Positions 61,721-64,000 of a DNA stretch of 64,000 bases are shown piece after piece. Position 1 is the stretch's first letter. The number at the start of each line of letters is the position of its first letter. The notes beneath the pieces are model-generated. The model did no database searches, was not told the origin of the DNA, and was given only the letters and a program-made list of their open reading frames with translations. Source of the DNA: an uncultured Actinomycetes bacterium (GTDB lineage: Bacteria; Actinomycetota; Thermoleophilia; UBA2241); contig CAVYCN010000019.1 of assembly GCA_963767005.1 (NCBI GenBank), positions 108,080 through 172,079 on the forward strand. Reading direction: 5' to 3'. Both the position numbers and the translations under genes were made by a program.

Positions 61721-62860
61721 ATGGCAGGTTGCAGGCGGGTGGGAGCGACGACAGCGGTGCGGCGCGTTTGCGCGATCGCTGCGCGCGCGCTGCTCGCCGC
61801 GGCGCTCCTCGCCGCAGCGCTGCTCGGCGTGGCGACGCTCGCCGGCTGCACGCACGGCACACACGACAAGACGCTCTCGCTGGTCGACGCCGACAGCCTC
61901 ATCATCCCGTTCGCGCACCTGGCGCAGGCCTATCATCGGGCCCATCCGGGCGTGCAGGTCGAGACCGAGACGCACGGCAGCATCCAGACCATCCGTCAGG
62001 TCACCGACCTGGGTCGCAGCTTCGACGTGCTCACCTCGGCCGACCCGTACCTGGTCACGCTCATGATGGAGGACGCCCGGCATCCGACCGCCGGCTGGTA
62101 CGCCGTCTTTGCCACGAACCGCATGGTCCTCGCCTGGTCGCCGCACAGCCGCTTCGCGGCGCTGTTCCGTTCGGGGGACTGGGTCAAGGCGATCACCACG
62201 CCGGGTGTGCAGCTCGGCCTGGCCGACCCACGCTTCGACGCGACGGGCTACCGGGCCCTCATGGTGCTCGCGCTGGCGCAGCGCTATTACAACGACGACC
62301 ACCTGTTCGCCGACGTCACGGTCGGCCGGTTCTCGCCGCCGATCACGCTGACGAGCGAGCGCGACGGCCGCGAGGTGATCGACGTGCCCGAACTCCTCGA
62401 GGCCGCGTCGGGCACGGGACTCGTGCTGCGCGACACCGCCATCGAGCTCGAGACGCTGCTCGAGGCGGGCGACATCGACTGTACGTTCGAATACGAGAGC
62501 GTCGCTCGTCAGCACCACATGCCGTTCGTGTCACTGCCGGCCGCCGTCGACCTGGGCTCGCAACGCTACGCCACCGAATATGCGAAGGTCGCGGTCGCGA
62601 CGCCGTTCCAGCGCTTCGCGAGCGTCAAGCCGCTGTTCGTGGGCGCACCGATCGCCTACGCGGTGACGATCCCGAGCACGGCCCGGAACACCGCCGAGTC
62701 GGAGCGGTTCATCGCCTTCCTGCTCGGCCCCCAGGGCCGCGCCATCCTCGCGGCCGACGACCAGCCGAGCGTGACGCCGGCGCTCGTCGACCACTACGCG
62801 GCGCTGCCGGCGTCGCTGCGGGCGCTCTGCCGGCCGCTGCAGCCTGGGCAGGCGCCGTGA
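61721..62860 (+). CDS. wtpA: Tungstate/molybdate ABC transporter substrate-binding lipoprotein, WtpA-like
   Basis: Lipobox LLGVATLAGC. Reads ETHGSIQTIRQVTDLGRSFDVLTSADPYL...WYAVFATNRMVLAW...LGLADPRFDATGYRALMVLALAQRYYND...LEAGDIDCTFEYESVARQHHMPFVSLP...PIAYAVTIPSTARN. This follows the WtpA pattern as I recall it from archaeal WtpA and is distinct from the two ModA copies here. Confidence 0.7.
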   Translation: MAGCRRVGATTAVRRVCAIAARALLAAALLAAALLGVATLAGCTHGTHDKTLSLVDADSLIIPFAHLAQAYHRAHPGVQVETETHGSIQTIRQVTDLGRSFDVLTSADPYLVTLMMEDARHPTAGWYAVFATNRMVLAWSPHSRFAALFRSGDWVKAITTPGVQLGLADPRFDATGYRALMVLALAQRYYNDDHLFADVTVGRFSPPITLTSERDGREVIDVPELLEAASGTGLVLRDTAIELETLLEAGDIDCTFEYESVARQHHMPFVSLPAAVDLGSQRYATEYAKVAVATPFQRFASVKPLFVGAPIAYAVTIPSTARNTAESERFIAFLLGPQGRAILAADDQPSVTPALVDHYAALPASLRALCRPLQPGQAP

Positions 62861-62892
62861 GCGCACGGGTCGAACGGTCGAGGAGCGCGAGG

Positions 62893-62936
62893 GGCGGGGC
62901 GGCGGCGAGGCCGCGCGGCCTCGCCGCCGCCCCGCC
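62893..62936 (+). repeat. 20-bp perfect inverted repeat (GCGC loop) followed by TTTT, located between wtpA stop and the first supported codons of wtpB
   Basis: GGCGGGGCGGCGGCGAGGCC (62893-62912), loop GCGC, GGCCTCGCCGCCGCCCCGCC (62917-62936), then GCCTTTTCGG. Confidence 0.7.
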
Positions 62937-62984
62937 GCCTTTTCGGTCCTTTCCGGGGCGCTCGGCTTCGTCCTGCTGCTGTTC

Positions 62985-63722
62985 GTGGCGGCGCCGCTCG
63001 TCGCCCTGGTCACCGGAACGAGCCTGCACGAGCTGCTGAGCACGCTCGGCGAGTCCGACATCCGCGCCGCTCTGGCGACTTCGGTCGAGGCCGCTGTCCT
63101 GGCTACGGTCCTCGCCGCGATCTTCGGCGTGCCGCTCGCCTACCTGCTCGCGCGCCGCAGCTTCGCCGGGAAGCGCCTGATCGAGGGCCTGATCGACCTG
63201 CCCATCGTCTTTCCGCACACCGCCGCCGGCATCGCGTTGCTGCTCGTGTTCGGTCGCAGCGGCGCCTTCGGCCGCGGCTTCGCGCATCTCGGCCTGGCCT
63301 TCACCGACACCCTGGCCGGCGTCGTCGTGGCGATGCTCTTCGTGAGCCTGCCGTTCCTGGTCGACACGGCGCGCGAGTCGTTCGCGCTGGTCGACCCCGG
63401 CTACGAACGGGTGGCCCGCACCCTGGGCGCCTCGCCGGGCGTCGCCTTCGTTCGGATCGCGCTGCCACTCGCCTGGCGCGGCGTCCTGGCCGGCGCGTTG
63501 CTCATGTGGGCGCGCGGCATGAGCGAGTTCGGCGCCATCGTGATCCTCGCCTACAACCCCAAGACGATGTCGGTGCTCGTCTATGAGCGGTTCGAGGGCC
63601 TCGGTCTGGGCGCCGCCAAGCCGGCCGCGCTGCTCATCGTGCTGCTCGCGCTGGTCGTGTTCGTCGTGGTGCGCTCGATCGGCGGGCGGGAGCGATCCGA
63701 CGGACGAGGGCGGTCCGCATGA
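62985..63722 (+). CDS. wtpB: Tungstate/molybdate ABC transporter permease, WtpB-like (N-terminus unresolved)
   Basis: Reads [36 protein letters not shown]...[20 protein letters not shown]...[14 protein letters not shown]. In-frame upstream codons (62940-62984: FSVLSGALGFVLLLF) look like the first TM helix but lack a start codon. A GTG at 62857 overlapping the wtpA stop is in another frame, implying one indel near 62935-62945. Confidence 0.75.
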   Translation: MAAPLVALVTGTSLHELLSTLGESDIRAALATSVEAAVLATVLAAIFGVPLAYLLARRSFAGKRLIEGLIDLPIVFPHTAAGIALLLVFGRSGAFGRGFAHLGLAFTDTLAGVVVAMLFVSLPFLVDTARESFALVDPGYERVARTLGASPGVAFVRIALPLAWRGVLAGALLMWARGMSEFGAIVILAYNPKTMSVLVYERFEGLGLGAAKPAALLIVLLALVVFVVVRSIGGRERSDGRGRSA

Positions 63723-64000
63723 TCGGCGCCCGCGGGCTTCAGGTGCGCGCCGGCTCGTTCACGCTCGGGCCGATCGACCTCGCCGTGGCCGACGGCGAGT
63801 ATCTCGCCGTGGTCGGTCCGAGTGGGGCCGGCAAGAGCGTGCTGCTCGAGACCCTCGCCGGCCTGCGGCCGGCCGCGGGCGGCCACGTCGTGGCCGGCGA
63901 CGGCGAAGCCGCGAACGGCCCGCCGAGCGGCCTGCGGTCGGGAGCTGGCGGAGGCGACGGCGCCGACGTGACCGGACTGCCGCCCGAGCGCCGCGGCATC
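63719..64000 (+). CDS. wtpC: ABC transporter ATP-binding protein, WtpC-like, N-terminal 94 codons, runs off the right edge
   Basis: My translation from ATG 63719 (ATGA overlap with the wtpB stop) gives [55 protein letters not shown]..., containing a Walker A motif. It is not in the ORF track because it has no stop in the window. Confidence 0.8.
   Translation, partial: MIGARGLQVRAGSFTLGPIDLAVADGEYLAVVGPSGAGKSVLLETLAGLRPAAGGHVVAGDGEAANGPPSGLRSGAGGGDGADVTGLPPERRGI

Overview
This 64-kb bacterial chromosomal segment is very GC-rich (roughly 70-75% by eye, with local dips to about 60%). I saw no rRNA, tRNA, CRISPR array, transposase or integrase. Gene content looks anaerobe-like and falls into five blocks.

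(1) 1-19.5 kb, minus strand. An amino-acid/peptide fermentation and methyl-transfer block:
- POR/VOR-type 2-oxoacid:ferredoxin oxidoreductase
- ilvE
- ADP-forming acyl-CoA synthetase
- M20 peptidase
- non-Pyl MttB-family methyltransferase
- class-III aminotransferase
- proline-racemase-family enzyme
- an intact non-pyrrolysine MtmB-family protein with its corrinoid protein
- a peptide-type ABC importer

(2) 19.8-26.1 kb, plus strand. 3-hydroxyacid dehydrogenase, GntR regulator, BKACE, tdh, kbl and an aminotransferase.

(3) 26.4-30.8 kb. dhaKLM, with DhaM fused to HPr and a full Enzyme I.

(4) 31-33 kb. A frame-broken secreted beta-propeller surface protein.

(5) 33-64 kb. A molybdenum/tungsten island:
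- two convergent modABC operons that share an operator-like motif
- a translationally coupled 9-gene cluster next to a Desulfovibrio-type aldehyde oxidoreductase (mop): large flavo/FeS redox protein, DUF364, methyltransferase, C_GCAxxG_C_C, radical SAM, PaaK-like ligase, XdhC, MocA-HD and HAD
- a selenocysteine (in-frame TGA plus SECIS-like hairpin) formate dehydrogenase alpha subunit
- a Moco-riboswitch-like leader driving four paralogous exported proteins built from eight sulfite-oxidase-fold-like modules, followed by WtpABC

The riboswitch-led operon is my top candidate for an undescribed system. The mop-adjacent cluster and the non-Pyl MtmB cluster come next.

Many genes have broken reading frames. 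I count about 50 apparent indels, and they are strongly clustered: some genes are riddled with them while multi-kb neighbours are intact. I report those genes as pseudogene-type features, but the breaks may be assembly errors.

All calls come from reading the sequence and ORF track by eye. Frameshift positions are approximate (+/- 20-30 nt). ORFs that run off the window edges are absent from the supplied track and I translated them by hand.
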